The notes beneath the pieces are model-generated. The model ran no database searches. It saw only the letters and a program-made list of their open reading frames with translations, and had not been told where the DNA came from. Made by a program: the position numbers and the translations under genes. This document shows positions 1-10,394 of a DNA stretch of 47,384 bases, in pieces. How positions within the stretch are numbered: the stretch's first letter is position 1; each line of letters opens with the position of its first letter. Location of the stretch: NCBI GenBank assembly GCA_020353515.1, contig CP070695.1, forward strand, positions 1 through 47,384. Reading direction: 5' to 3'. This stretch comes from Candidatus Heimdallarchaeota archaeon. Lineage in GTDB: Archaea; Asgardarchaeota; Heimdallarchaeia; Hodarchaeales; Hodarchaeaceae.

Positions 1-1787
1 GTTATTAGGTCATCAGAGCTTAAACCTGAGGTTGTTCCATCATTATCATAAGAGGTACTATCTATCTGGGTACTATGGTTTTGATTTAAGTGCCACACAC
101 CCTTAAAATTTGAATTCCAAACCCCTGTTGGATTTGCTTGCGAACTCATCCCACTGTTCCCAAAGTACATGAAAACCTGTGTATCATCAGTCCCCGAAAG
201 GGTGGGAATTCTAACCCAAGCGACTAAATGGGCATGAGTTCCATTTCCTACTTGATCAAAGAGCTCTATTTCATGATCTAATTTTGCTCCAGTATCATCA
301 CAAAAGAGAATGTCATCACCATCAGGTTGAACATTATGAGGATAGTGCAAATCAATATCCTCTAGATCTATTAAGACTGGAAAGTTGGATAAACTACTCC
401 CACTCACTTTAGTTGAATCTATGGTTATTTCTTTTCGACATTTTAATCCTGGATAATGCCATTCAATTATATCTAAGTATTTCTCTTCAGAAGCAATTAG
501 ATAGAAATTATTCGGATTATTCTGATTCTCAAATTGGGTACCAATCCAGTCAGCTGATCTCACTGTACTGGACAGTCGAAATTCACCTATAGTTACATAT
601 AGTTCTTTATCAGGTGATGATCCTCCTGGTCCATCACTGTTGTCATCTTCAGCCCCAATAGAAAATGTATTCCAAGTAATATGTGTTCCATCATGAGGAG
701 TACCCGATTCTTTATCTAGAGAACCCCCTATATAGATTCTCTGAATAGTATCCGTTTCCCAGACACAAGAAAAATGGTACCAATTCCCTGCAGTAAAAGT
801 AGTCTGAGTTGAAGATAAAGTATCACTCCCTAAATCTGTTTCAATATGAAAATCAAATTCGTCATAAAACCAAAGATAGGGATCTTCTTGTGTATTAGCA
901 GTAGAAGCTAAAAATCTACTTGATCCTCCTGACCATCCATTAGGTAACATAAGCCAAAATTCAAAGGTCATTTTATCCGTTGGTCCATTAAAATTTTCGC
1001 TTAAGGGGAGATAAATATAATCATCAATTCCATCAAAGCTTATTGCATTTCCAACCTTACTATCTAGAAGATCATCTGATGTCATACTCCCAGAAACTTC
1101 AACAGAAAAATCATATCCATTAGAGGTACTATCGAGAATGTCAGAAATTGAAGGATCCTGATTCATATGTAGAACAAATTCATAATTATCATCCCATACC
1201 TCTTTTGGGTTTTCTTGATTAATTGCAGTTGGGTTTCCATAATACATTGAAATAATAGTATCTTGTATAGCGGAAAGGTTAGTTTTTACCCAAGCTACTA
1301 GATGGGCATGTGAAGAATTGTAAACACGGTCATAAACCTCAATTTCATGGGAAAGTAGATGTCCAGATGCATTAGTGAACAAGATATCGTTTCCACTTGC
1401 CTGGGCATCTTGGTGTAAATCAGAATCATATAATTCAATGTATACGGGGAAATTGGTTAAAGCTGTGTCTACCTTATTATGATCAATCGTAATGTTTTTT
1501 CTAAACTGCCATCGGGTATCAGCCCAACCTGGTACAAAATACATTGATTGAGCAAAATGAATTTTATCTGAATATGTTTGATTGACTGGAGGAGAACTCC
1601 GTAAGCGTGATATTTGATGGTTGGTGGTCAAGCTTTTTTGGCGTTTAAATCCAAATCCCTTTAGGAGAGCTGGAAAAAACTCACTTGATTCTTCATTTTC
1701 TTCCTGCAAGAAGGGAGTCATTGCAAGGATATTTAGAAAAAAGATGATAAGTAGTAGAATTAAATTCTTGTTAATTAGCACTAACAT
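1..1787 (-). CDS. Secreted/surface protein with tandem DUF2341 + LamG/concanavalin-A-like repeats (3' partial, runs off the window; not in the ORF track)
   Basis: Manual translation from ATG at 1787 (SD AGGAG upstream): MLVLINKNLILLLIIFFLNILAM (signal peptide). Then repeat 1 'GWADTRWQFRKNITIDHNKVDTALTNFPVYIEL..DILF..LSHEIE..HLVAWVK..MYYGNP' and repeat 2 'KCRKEITIDSTKV..SNFPVLIDL..DILF..LDHEIE..HLVAWVRIP..MYFGN..GVWHL'. Confidence 0.85.
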   Translation of the reverse strand, partial: MLVLINKNLILLLIIFFLNILAMTPFLQEENEESSEFFPALLKGFGFKRQKSLTTNHQISRLRSSPPVNQTYSDKIHFAQSMYFVPGWADTRWQFRKNITIDHNKVDTALTNFPVYIELYDSDLHQDAQASGNDILFTNASGHLLSHEIEVYDRVYNSSHAHLVAWVKTNLSAIQDTIISMYYGNPTAINQENPKEVWDDNYEFVLHMNQDPSISDILDSTSNGYDFSVEVSGSMTSDDLLDSKVGNAISFDGIDDYIYLPLSENFNGPTDKMTFEFWLMLPNGWSGGSSRFLASTANTQEDPYLWFYDEFDFHIETDLGSDTLSSTQTTFTAGNWYHFSCVWETDTIQRIYIGGSLDKESGTPHDGTHITWNTFSIGAEDDNSDGPGGSSPDKELYVTIGEFRLSSTVRSADWIGTQFENQNNPNNFYLIASEEKYLDIIEWHYPGLKCRKEITIDSTKVSGSSLSNFPVLIDLEDIDLHYPHNVQPDGDDILFCDDTGAKLDHEIELFDQVGNGTHAHLVAWVRIPTLSGTDDTQVFMYFGNSGMSSQANPTGVWNSNFKGVWHLNQNHSTQIDSTSYDNDGTTSGLSSDDLI

Positions 1788-2233
1788 ACTCTCCTAAATT
1801 CAAACTTGGCCATTATCTTAATCAAATCTCACACCATTAAGATTCTTAAAACAGACCCTAGACAATTCATCCGAAGTTAATGAATTGAGAACCCAAGTTT
1901 CGATAATGTGCGTATCTACGCTGGGACAACTCAGGATTGAGATTTTAAGAAAGATTCTAGATAATCTGTCCTCAACTCCCTTATTTTTAGTTATAAAGAG
2001 AATTTTCTGGTTTTTTCTTTAAATAATTAGAATTCTGGGATTATTCAAAGAATGATTGATTTATAACCGCATTTTAATTCTTATGAATATGATAACCCAA
2101 ATTTTCTTCTATTTTCAACTCGATGGTTTGATCAAAATCTTAGGATTCGGATGCAAGAAGTTCTGTTGTTTAAGATATTTCTTCGTACAATTTATTGCTG
2201 AAATTTTTTGATATTTTCACTTCTTATTAATAA

Positions 2234-2254
2234 ATCAGGTGATTTTTACCTGAT
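2234..2254. promoter_or_regulatory. Inverted repeat ATCAGGT-N7-ACCTGAT, candidate operator in the divergent intergenic region
   Basis: Perfect 7-bp arms about 76 nt upstream of the GTPase start. Function is inferred. Confidence 0.3.
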
Positions 2255-2330
2255 AATAATGCTAATTTAAATTAATCAATAATATGAGTTAGGTTAATGT
2301 TATTAATCTGATTTTCATCAATTCTACAAA

Positions 2331-3257
2331 ATGTCTTTTCAATATCAGAATCCAAGTAAAAAGATAGTTTTTTTAGGTTTAGCGGAGTCAGGAAAGTCTA
2401 CAATAATTAACAGTGTTATCGAGGGTACAATTCCTCAACTGGGGGAAAAATATGACGCTACAATTAATTATCAAAGAAAAAAAAAGACGCTTTGTGGTAC
2501 AGAATTAAATATATTTGATTTAGGTGGACAAACGCGTTTTTTGGATCGTTTTACAGGAGACCTTTCAGAGTTTGTTTTTAGTGATGTTGATATATTTATT
2601 TATACACTGGATCCTCTTCAGGCAATAGATCTCTCTCGAGCTAAGTATTATCTTGAGCTTTCATTAGAAAGGCTCGACCAATTTAGCCCAAAGGCAAATA
2701 TCCACGTTCTTCTCCATAAAATGGATCTTCTCCCTAAACGATTGATTAATAATGTTTCTGGTTACATCACAAGCTATCTTAAAACGGAGATTTCAAAAAA
2801 TCTACAGTTTCATAAGACATCAGTATTTTCTGAATCTATTTATATGGTTGCTGGAGAAATCTTAGCTCAAGTTTTAGATTTTGAGACTGACTTTCACTTA
2901 ATATCAGAGGAACTCATTCACAGTCTTCCCAATATAGTAAGCAAAGTCCAAATTATGACACAAGAGGGTATTTTACTACATTCAAATGAAAATAAAGATA
3001 ATCCCAGCAATTTATCTGCTATCCAAATAAGGAAATTATATGAATCATCTGTTCAACATTTGGTCAGTAATGGAGGAAACGAAAAAAGATTTTTTTCAAT
3101 CGAGGTAATAGATCAAATATGTTTTTTGGATTTTTTAGATAATGGATTAGCTTTGTTGATCCTTATCTCAAATGAGACAGAAAAAGTACTAAAAGAAGAA
3201 ACAACGTCAATTTATGATCAAATAATTTCTATATCTAATCAGATTAGTTTATTCTAA
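2331..3257 (+). CDS. RagA/Gtr1-like small GTPase with a C-terminal roadblock/longin-like domain
   Basis: G1 GLAESGKS, G2 DATIN, G3 DLGGQ, G4 HKMD, G5 TSVF, close to RagA/Gtr1 GATID/DCGGQ/HKMD/TSIW. The C-terminal ~120 aa contain 'VQIMTQEGILLHS', resembling a roadblock beta-hairpin. Confidence 0.8.
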   Translation: MSFQYQNPSKKIVFLGLAESGKSTIINSVIEGTIPQLGEKYDATINYQRKKKTLCGTELNIFDLGGQTRFLDRFTGDLSEFVFSDVDIFIYTLDPLQAIDLSRAKYYLELSLERLDQFSPKANIHVLLHKMDLLPKRLINNVSGYITSYLKTEISKNLQFHKTSVFSESIYMVAGEILAQVLDFETDFHLISEELIHSLPNIVSKVQIMTQEGILLHSNENKDNPSNLSAIQIRKLYESSVQHLVSNGGNEKRFFSIEVIDQICFLDFLDNGLALLILISNETEKVLKEETTSIYDQIISISNQISLF

Positions 3258-3285
3258 GTAAAGAAGTAATGACTTCATTTATTAA

Positions 3286-6200
3286 TTGATAAGAGTAAAG
3301 GAATTAAGGCTATTGCAATCAGAGATGATTCTATCAGGATTGGTAAGCGGATCCGTTGATAAACAATTAAGATCGCTTGATTTCTGTATCATTGATGAGT
3401 CTCTTCTAACTAATAAAGAAATAATTACCAAAATCCTTAATCTATTAACTCATGAAAATCATTATATTCGAAATCAGGCTGAAGAAGTGCTAAGTTTCTA
3501 TATAAAGTACTCTTCAGAGCCTATGGAAGATCTTATTTACTTACTTACCGAAATATTTCGAGATAATGAAATAAACCAGGATCTTTGGTTTCGCTGCACA
3601 AAATTATTCTTTTTATTACCTTTCACTGAATCTATGACTGATACCCTAATCAAAATTTTGACAAGTGATGCAAATTACGCTCAAGGATATCTCATCTTTA
3701 TCATCAATGCTATTTGTGAAAAATCCCCTGAAGTATTAACTAGAATTTTGGAGACAATCGTGGATCAGAATAGTGACGTGAAGAAAGCAGTATGTATGAT
3801 TTTCTGGATTAACCCTACTTTTTTTACTCAACAAGCAATTGATGTTTATTTATCTTTGTCGAATGATGAAGATCGTGAGGTTCGTAGATTATCATGTGAA
3901 GTATTAAGTCAAATAGTGAATTTTGACCAATACAGACGAGATATTGGAAAAATCTTGGAAAATAGATTAACTGATCCATCATGGCGGGTTCAAAAAATCG
4001 CTCTAAAGAGTATGGTTGCACATGGTTTTTTGGATGATCAAAGAATATGGGATAAGGTTATTGGACTATTTTGGCATCCAGAATGGCGTATAAGAAAGAA
4101 TATCTGTGAGATTCTTCCAGATCTACAATCTTTAGAGGCGACTAAAAACAAAATAATTTTAGAAAGCTTAACAGCTGCTCTTGATGACCCTAACTGGGAG
4201 GTGAGAGAAAGTGCAGCTATGTCCCTTAACCATCATTTAGATTTAAATAGAGTCGAATTCAATAACGTATTAATGCAAATCAGTCATCTAACAACTGATC
4301 TGCATGAACAAGTCAGAATAACTGCTTGTAATATTATATCTATACGATTTAATGCATTTAATGAGAGAAAGGAGGACGCTTTTAGAAAAATCGTTTGGCT
4401 TTTAGAAGATCCAAAATGGTCGGTTCGTGATATGGCTTTAACAAGCCTTTTTAGTTTCTTGAATAATCCCCATTACGATAAACATTTTCCAAATATTTTT
4501 TATTGCCTTGTAAAATTGTTGAGTGATAGAAATAACAACATACGTGAAAAAGCTTGGGTGCTAATAAAGAAAGCAAAGCTATCAAATAACCATTATCAAA
4601 TCTTGATTTCTGAATTAATCACATTATTTAATCATCCTAATCCAGAAGTGCGCTTAAAAGTTTGTGAATTTTTACATGAGGACATAGGTTTCTGGAAGCC
4701 TAATCAAGACATCATAATCAGAAGTTTTATGTCCCTTCTGGAGAATGAAGACTCTAAAGTGCTATCTTGTGCATGGGATTTGGTAAATAAGTACGATGAA
4801 GTATATTCCAATGCTTCTACTTATATCTCTCAACTTACTGAAAATCTTGAAAACATAGATTCTGAAATTGCTATGTTCGTCTGTGAGACTTATTACCAAT
4901 ATAACTTAATAGAAGGAAATGATCTTCTTCGTGATCAATTTATTCGGATACTCTCCCAACCGAATTATGCTAGAGAATTAAAAAAGAAAATTTTAAGCGT
5001 CCTCACGCGTCAAGGATTGTATAATATTCTTGAACCTCAAATAATACCTAAAATAATTGAAGAAGGACAATGGGATGTGCAAGAGATGCTCATTCCATTT
5101 TTAGCACATTTTCTTATTGAAGATAGTGAAAGAAAATCAGAAAAACTGGATTTTGAAGAAATAATTATTGATTTATTGGTTGATCCCATTGTTAAAAGGA
5201 GAAGGACTTCCCAAATATCCTCCCAGTCAGTTGATACTCTATTTGAAAGTCTTGAGAAAGACCTTCTAGAGTTTAATATTGATGAACTTCTCTTTAATAC
5301 TGCTAATGATGACCGAAGATTGGATGAATGGGTAAATTTAGAAGGAAAAATTGATTTCATCCGAAAGATAAATCATCCCCAGTTAGATGAAATAAATATC
5401 AAGTTTCAAGAGGGGATATTAAATCAAATTAAACATGGTATTGATAAATTCGGATTCATAGAAATTTTTATGGGTGGTATTGAATTAAGTACACCACTAC
5501 AAATTGTAAATCTTATGCGTCGCCAACAAGAGACAATTCGCATTCAATTATTATTAGAAATTGATAAACGTGTTGATTTCTCATTATTACAATTTAAAAA
5601 GCTTAAGGAAGCTGTAATAACTCTCATTAACGATAATTCCTTCAAAATAAGAACCATTTCTTGGAATATTATTCAAGCTCACTTACTTAAAACCAATGAA
5701 TTGGATCCGAAAATATTAGCAGTGATTACCGACTCACTCAATAGTATATATGATGATTCTCGTGCTAAAGCTACGTCTCTTTTATTATCATGTATTGACC
5801 TTAAAGATTTGAAGTATGAAACCATTTTCAATCAAATTATTAACAAAATGGAAGATCAGAATTCACTTGTACGCAACCAAGTATGGCAGCTTTTGGATAC
5901 AAAGGTTAACCTTTCCTATAAGCGATATTCACCTATTACCATGAAGATTCTCGATTTGCTATCTAATCCAAATGTAAATATAAGAAAAGAAGCTGCTTTC
6001 TTTCTAGAGCGTAATTTAGAAATATTCCTTCCTATTATTGAGAAATATCCCCAGTCTCCCGAAGTTTATCGTGCTTTAGGCTTTATTTACAATCAAACTG
6101 ATCATCTCAAAGCAAAACAAATGTTTGAGAAAGTTATTTCCATTAATCCATCAGAAATTAATAGTATCCTAGCCATTGCATTAATTCACTTAGATCACAG

Positions 6201-6411
6201 AGAACCTGAAAAAACCATTCAAATATTGAAAGACACTCAGCAAATCAACCCCTTAGATCCCAGAATATATCAGATCTGGTCTGAATGTATGAATGATTTG
6301 GGAAAAAATCGCGAAGCGAGAAAGCTAGAAGAAAAAGCCAGAATTTTAGAACTTAGTCAAAGATTAATCGAAATGGAAGCTTTCTCCACAAGAATTGAAA
6401 GAAGTCAATGA
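3286..6411 (+). CDS. Large HEAT-repeat alpha-solenoid protein with C-terminal TPR repeats
   Basis: Many HEAT motifs (DPSWRVQK, HPEWRIRK, DDPNWEVRE, EDPKWSVRD, NHPNPEVR, SNPNVNIRK). C-terminal TPRs 'PEVYRALGFIY..AKQMFEKVISINP' and 'QINPLDPRIY'. The start may be the ATG at 3325. Confidence 0.85.
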   Translation: MIRVKELRLLQSEMILSGLVSGSVDKQLRSLDFCIIDESLLTNKEIITKILNLLTHENHYIRNQAEEVLSFYIKYSSEPMEDLIYLLTEIFRDNEINQDLWFRCTKLFFLLPFTESMTDTLIKILTSDANYAQGYLIFIINAICEKSPEVLTRILETIVDQNSDVKKAVCMIFWINPTFFTQQAIDVYLSLSNDEDREVRRLSCEVLSQIVNFDQYRRDIGKILENRLTDPSWRVQKIALKSMVAHGFLDDQRIWDKVIGLFWHPEWRIRKNICEILPDLQSLEATKNKIILESLTAALDDPNWEVRESAAMSLNHHLDLNRVEFNNVLMQISHLTTDLHEQVRITACNIISIRFNAFNERKEDAFRKIVWLLEDPKWSVRDMALTSLFSFLNNPHYDKHFPNIFYCLVKLLSDRNNNIREKAWVLIKKAKLSNNHYQILISELITLFNHPNPEVRLKVCEFLHEDIGFWKPNQDIIIRSFMSLLENEDSKVLSCAWDLVNKYDEVYSNASTYISQLTENLENIDSEIAMFVCETYYQYNLIEGNDLLRDQFIRILSQPNYARELKKKILSVLTRQGLYNILEPQIIPKIIEEGQWDVQEMLIPFLAHFLIEDSERKSEKLDFEEIIIDLLVDPIVKRRRTSQISSQSVDTLFESLEKDLLEFNIDELLFNTANDDRRLDEWVNLEGKIDFIRKINHPQLDEINIKFQEGILNQIKHGIDKFGFIEIFMGGIELSTPLQIVNLMRRQQETIRIQLLLEIDKRVDFSLLQFKKLKEAVITLINDNSFKIRTISWNIIQAHLLKTNELDPKILAVITDSLNSIYDDSRAKATSLLLSCIDLKDLKYETIFNQIINKMEDQNSLVRNQVWQLLDTKVNLSYKRYSPITMKILDLLSNPNVNIRKEAAFFLERNLEIFLPIIEKYPQSPEVYRALGFIYNQTDHLKAKQMFEKVISINPSEINSILAIALIHLDHREPEKTIQILKDTQQINPLDPRIYQIWSECMNDLGKNREARKLEEKARILELSQRLIEMEAFSTRIERSQ

Positions 6412-6544
6412 ATCTTTAAGACCAAATGTATTTCATTGTCAATAAAATTGGATTTCATAATGAAAATGAAATTTCTAATTGATATAGTTAATCTAATAAA
6501 ATAAACAATTATTGTGTTCTAGAAGGTTAGTAGGCTGAGTTAAA

Positions 6545-7333
6545 ATGCGAAAGCACCCTTTAGGAATATTAAGATCTTTAATCGTAATTTCAGATTGGAT
6601 TTCTTTTGCTGATCCCGAAGAAGCAGCAAATAGAAGATGGCTTTATAAAAATCAAGACGTTGAATCAGTTACAATGACCAGTGTCATTTTTGTTCCTGTA
6701 GATTTTTCACGTATGATTCTTTATAATATCTCATACCTACTGCTTTATGGAGTAGGGATATATTGGACTAAATTCTCTCTGAAGAAGGAGACAATAACGA
6801 CAGATACCAGGTATTTAACAGGTCTTGTCATTCCAGAGGAAAAATGGCTCAATAATCACTTTAGTACAGAACCATTCGTGTTTCCTCCTCCCTATGATTT
6901 TATGATTGCAGGTGAAAATCTCCTAGAATTCTCCTTCAATACGTTGGGAGTTCAAGATGATTATAAAGGACAAAGTCGCCGAGCTTTTGAACAAGGTAGA
7001 ATATTAACACAACTAGTCTTTCCACTCAAGGAACCTCTGGTTATGTTAAGGGATGCAACGGAAAAATATGAAGAATTTTACTACTCTCCAGCTCCTATGA
7101 GAGTTCTGATGTCTGAATTCTTTAATGAGATTTTTGTGAATGAAATCGCAATTGAATCAACCGATAATGCATATGAAGAGAACATCCCAGGCGTTCGGAG
7201 AATAAAACACAACCTTTTGGAGATTTTCCCCAAACAATGGAGTAATGAAGTCTATCTTGATGGTTTACGTCGCGAAGTGAGTAAGATTGCAGACGATTTT
7301 GCTTCAATTGGAGCTCCGATGATATTGAAATAA
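6545..7333 (+). CDS. Hypothetical protein
   Basis: 262-aa ORF with normal composition and no recognised motif. Confidence 0.7.
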   Translation: MRKHPLGILRSLIVISDWISFADPEEAANRRWLYKNQDVESVTMTSVIFVPVDFSRMILYNISYLLLYGVGIYWTKFSLKKETITTDTRYLTGLVIPEEKWLNNHFSTEPFVFPPPYDFMIAGENLLEFSFNTLGVQDDYKGQSRRAFEQGRILTQLVFPLKEPLVMLRDATEKYEEFYYSPAPMRVLMSEFFNEIFVNEIAIESTDNAYEENIPGVRRIKHNLLEIFPKQWSNEVYLDGLRREVSKIADDFASIGAPMILK

Positions 7334-7379
7334 ATTCTTCTCTGCCAACTTTACTCTCAAAGGATCAAGAATCCTACTT

Positions 7380-8675
7380 TTAGGATTCATTAATGATTTG
7401 TCTAGCAAGTTTTTTGGCGAATGCCATCAGGGTCATGATTAATGGGGCTCCTAAGGAACGGGGTAGAATGCTAGAATCACAAACATAAAGATTTGGAAAT
7501 TCGGTTTGGAAATTTGAATCTACGACTTCATCGAAACTATTTGTGCCTCCAGGATGAGCACCCCGAATAGGGAAGGAAAAAACTTTCTTCGCGCCTGCTT
7601 CTAGTAGGACTTCTCCTGCAAAAGCTTTTCCTCTTTCAAGACGTTTTTGATCTTCTATTGTCAATTTTTTAGAAATAGTAATACCAAATTTACCAGAGGA
7701 TATAGTACCATTTTTATCATCTTGAATTTTCGTCATGATACCCATAAGTCGGGGATAATGTCGAAATTTCACAATTCCTAGTGGATTTTGCCGATAAACA
7801 AGACTAACTAGAAACATTCCCCAAGGATCCGTAACAGCACTTTGAAGTATCCCTTCCTCCGAATGAAATTTGTAGGTGCCTACTACCATAGGTATGTCAT
7901 GGATCGTTCTATGAGCTTTTTCTGAAGAGACACCATATGTAAAAATCATAGGATCCATGAAGAAGCCCCTCCCTGCTTCATTAATCCCTGATTTTTGTAA
8001 AAGAATGGGGGAATGTATTCCTCCTGCTGAGACAATTATTCTATCAGCCTCGATTGACTGACCTCTCTTTGGTTTGACTCCAATAGCTTTCCCTCCTTCA
8101 ATTATCACACGGTCAACGTTCTTCTTCTGAAGTTGAAGACCTTTAGCTACTGCTTCTTCTACCAAGCTTCGTGCTGTAAACTTTGCTTTTCGTTTACAGC
8201 CTAGCATACAGGCTGAACAATTTGGTACACATTTGATGGGATCAATAAACTTAGGAAATCGAACCCATTCTTGATTTAGCCTATTTCCAGCCTCGAGGAG
8301 ATCTAAATTCCCTTTTCCGATTAACTCATCTGGAAGGAAGGTAGTTTTTGCTTCTTTCTCCGCTTCATTAAGTTCTTGTTCAAGATCAATTCCCCAAGGG
8401 CGAAAAAATCCTTTTGGAGGACGGAATGCAGTCCCAGCACTAATGACTGATGAACCTCCAACCGTAATCCCAGATGCTACAAATAAATGCTCCTTTGTAT
8501 AGCGAAATCCCTTTTTGTCAGCGATCCTAACAAGGGCAGGGTGATTCCCAAGAAATCTATGATAGCCTCCCTTCTCGAGTAAAAGAACCCGCTGACCTTG
8601 TTGTGTAAGATCCCGAGCAAGTAATGCTCCAGAAATACCAGCTCCGATTATAATAGTATCATAGGCTTTTGGCAA
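7380..8675 (-). CDS. GMC-family FAD-dependent oxidoreductase
   Basis: GAGISG dinucleotide motif, VGGSSVI, CxxCxxGC, AGGIHSPILLQKSG, HPGGT, NLYVCDSS. Confidence 0.9.
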   Translation of the reverse strand: MPKAYDTIIIGAGISGALLARDLTQQGQRVLLLEKGGYHRFLGNHPALVRIADKKGFRYTKEHLFVASGITVGGSSVISAGTAFRPPKGFFRPWGIDLEQELNEAEKEAKTTFLPDELIGKGNLDLLEAGNRLNQEWVRFPKFIDPIKCVPNCSACMLGCKRKAKFTARSLVEEAVAKGLQLQKKNVDRVIIEGGKAIGVKPKRGQSIEADRIIVSAGGIHSPILLQKSGINEAGRGFFMDPMIFTYGVSSEKAHRTIHDIPMVVGTYKFHSEEGILQSAVTDPWGMFLVSLVYRQNPLGIVKFRHYPRLMGIMTKIQDDKNGTISSGKFGITISKKLTIEDQKRLERGKAFAGEVLLEAGAKKVFSFPIRGAHPGGTNSFDEVVDSNFQTEFPNLYVCDSSILPRSLGAPLIMTLMAFAKKLARQIINES

Positions 8676-8760
8676 TACCCAATTCTCCTTTTATAGGATT
8701 AAATCTTAATAGAGTAAGATAATATGACTCAAAGAGAAATCCTGAGAGGAGAGATTATTG

Positions 8761-9495
8761 TTATTTATTTTCATCAGATAATGATTCTGTGAAATTGACT
8801 TTATAACCAATTTGTTGCAGATGTTTAAGAAAAATAATTGCCTCTTCATTCGCCGTGGTTTTAAAACTAACTACTACAGGAGGAACAATTTCTGCTAACG
8901 CCGTTTGTGCAATTTTAGTTGGTGTTGATTTTGTCTCTGATAAGCGCTCTTCGACTATTCTATTCCTGATCATACTTATTTTATCTTCAAATCGTATGTA
9001 AGTGAAACCTAGAATTTCATCTTCATCAGGTTGATCCTCTTCTGATTTCTCTTTTGTGATAAGTTCTAGGATTGTATCCTGAATTTTGCTCCCAGTTTTA
9101 AGCGCGATTTTTGCAACATTGTCAATACTCTGAGTAATACCGTCAATTAAGCCTTTTGCTTCTCCTCCCTTATCTAATGTGATGGTAGTGTAAGTAATGG
9201 TATAATATCGCGGACCAAAGATCATATTAAAGCGGGGGGGATAACCAATCTGATCTTTTATTAATCGATAGGCAAAAGATCCACCTGGAATTAAAGAGAG
9301 TAATCCATGAAACGCTGAATCTATTGCGATGATTTTGGCAACTTCAGCGATACCTTCAATATTTTGTTTGTTAATCCAGATACAACATGGTGCTCTTCCC
9401 TTAATTTGGCCTGCAATAAGATAGCCTTGGTGGACTTCAAGCGCGACAGGGCTTTTATAACCTAGATATATGCTTGCAAATTGCTCAATCCTCAT
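8761..9495 (-). CDS. Hypothetical protein
   Basis: 244-aa ORF with no recognised motif. Confidence 0.65.
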   Translation of the reverse strand: MRIEQFASIYLGYKSPVALEVHQGYLIAGQIKGRAPCCIWINKQNIEGIAEVAKIIAIDSAFHGLLSLIPGGSFAYRLIKDQIGYPPRFNMIFGPRYYTITYTTITLDKGGEAKGLIDGITQSIDNVAKIALKTGSKIQDTILELITKEKSEEDQPDEDEILGFTYIRFEDKISMIRNRIVEERLSETKSTPTKIAQTALAEIVPPVVVSFKTTANEEAIIFLKHLQQIGYKVNFTESLSDENK

Positions 9496-9727
9496 TTCAA
9501 ATCTCTCATATCAATCTCTTAAGGTTCTCGCTTACAAAGACAGATTTTGGGTTTCCATCTATGACACATTTTAGCTATTGTGATAGTAATATAACAGAAA
9601 TTGGTCTAAGCAACGTTTAAATCTCAATTGAGCTTAACATTTAAGTCCTCTTCTCTTATAAATAGGGACATCGCTTTTCCAATAATTGTTGCCATCGTAA
9701 CTACATTATAAGAGTAGATCGATTATG

Positions 9728-10132
9728 TTATGATGTCCTTAGTAACATTTCAGAAATGCTTTTTGCTAGTTGTTTAGCTAGGACTCGTACTAATCCGATA
9801 TTCTTGGCATCACCTGCCGTGAAACTAACAACTGCATTCTCTCCCGCGTTAAGAATGACAACAAAACCCTCCTCCCCTGTTAGCATGATTTCCTGCATCC
9901 TTCCGCGCTCTAACTCTGATAGGACTCGTTCTGATAATGATTGACTAGCTGCTGTCATTGCAGCAATAACCACTTCATTTTCATCAGATGTGGATGCGAT
10001 GGGAAGGCCATCTGGACTTACAACGGTAATTGCTTGAATAGAAGAAGATTTTTTCAAATATTTTTCAAGGATTCCATCTAGTTCCTCTGTTCGAGTATTA
10101 AGTTCTTGGCTTATATCAATCATAAGTATCAC
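9728..10132 (-). CDS. Roadblock/LC7 (MglB/LAMTOR-like) domain protein
   Basis: 'AITVVSPDGLPIAS..IAAMTAA..LSERVLSELERG..LTGEEGFVVI..AG..IGLV' is the canonical roadblock pattern. Confidence 0.92.
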   Translation of the reverse strand: MILMIDISQELNTRTEELDGILEKYLKKSSSIQAITVVSPDGLPIASTSDENEVVIAAMTAASQSLSERVLSELERGRMQEIMLTGEEGFVVILNAGENAVVSFTAGDAKNIGLVRVLAKQLAKSISEMLLRTS

Positions 10133-10394
10133 GGAAGGGCTCAGGATTATTATACTCCTTCATTCTTTCTTTAAAGTTTCTAGAGAAAATGTTAGAAAGT
10201 TCACCAGAAGAATTTAAGAATGTGCTATCTCAACCTACCACTCAGTTCAAGCAAGAACAGATTACTCAATGGAATAAAGGAATTGATTAGTGTTAAAATT
10301 ATTCTATTGAGAAAAGTATTTAATTATCTTTCAATTACTAGGAATATTAAGGAATTCTGAAAGGTCTTTAAAAGACTCTACTCCCCCCAATTAA

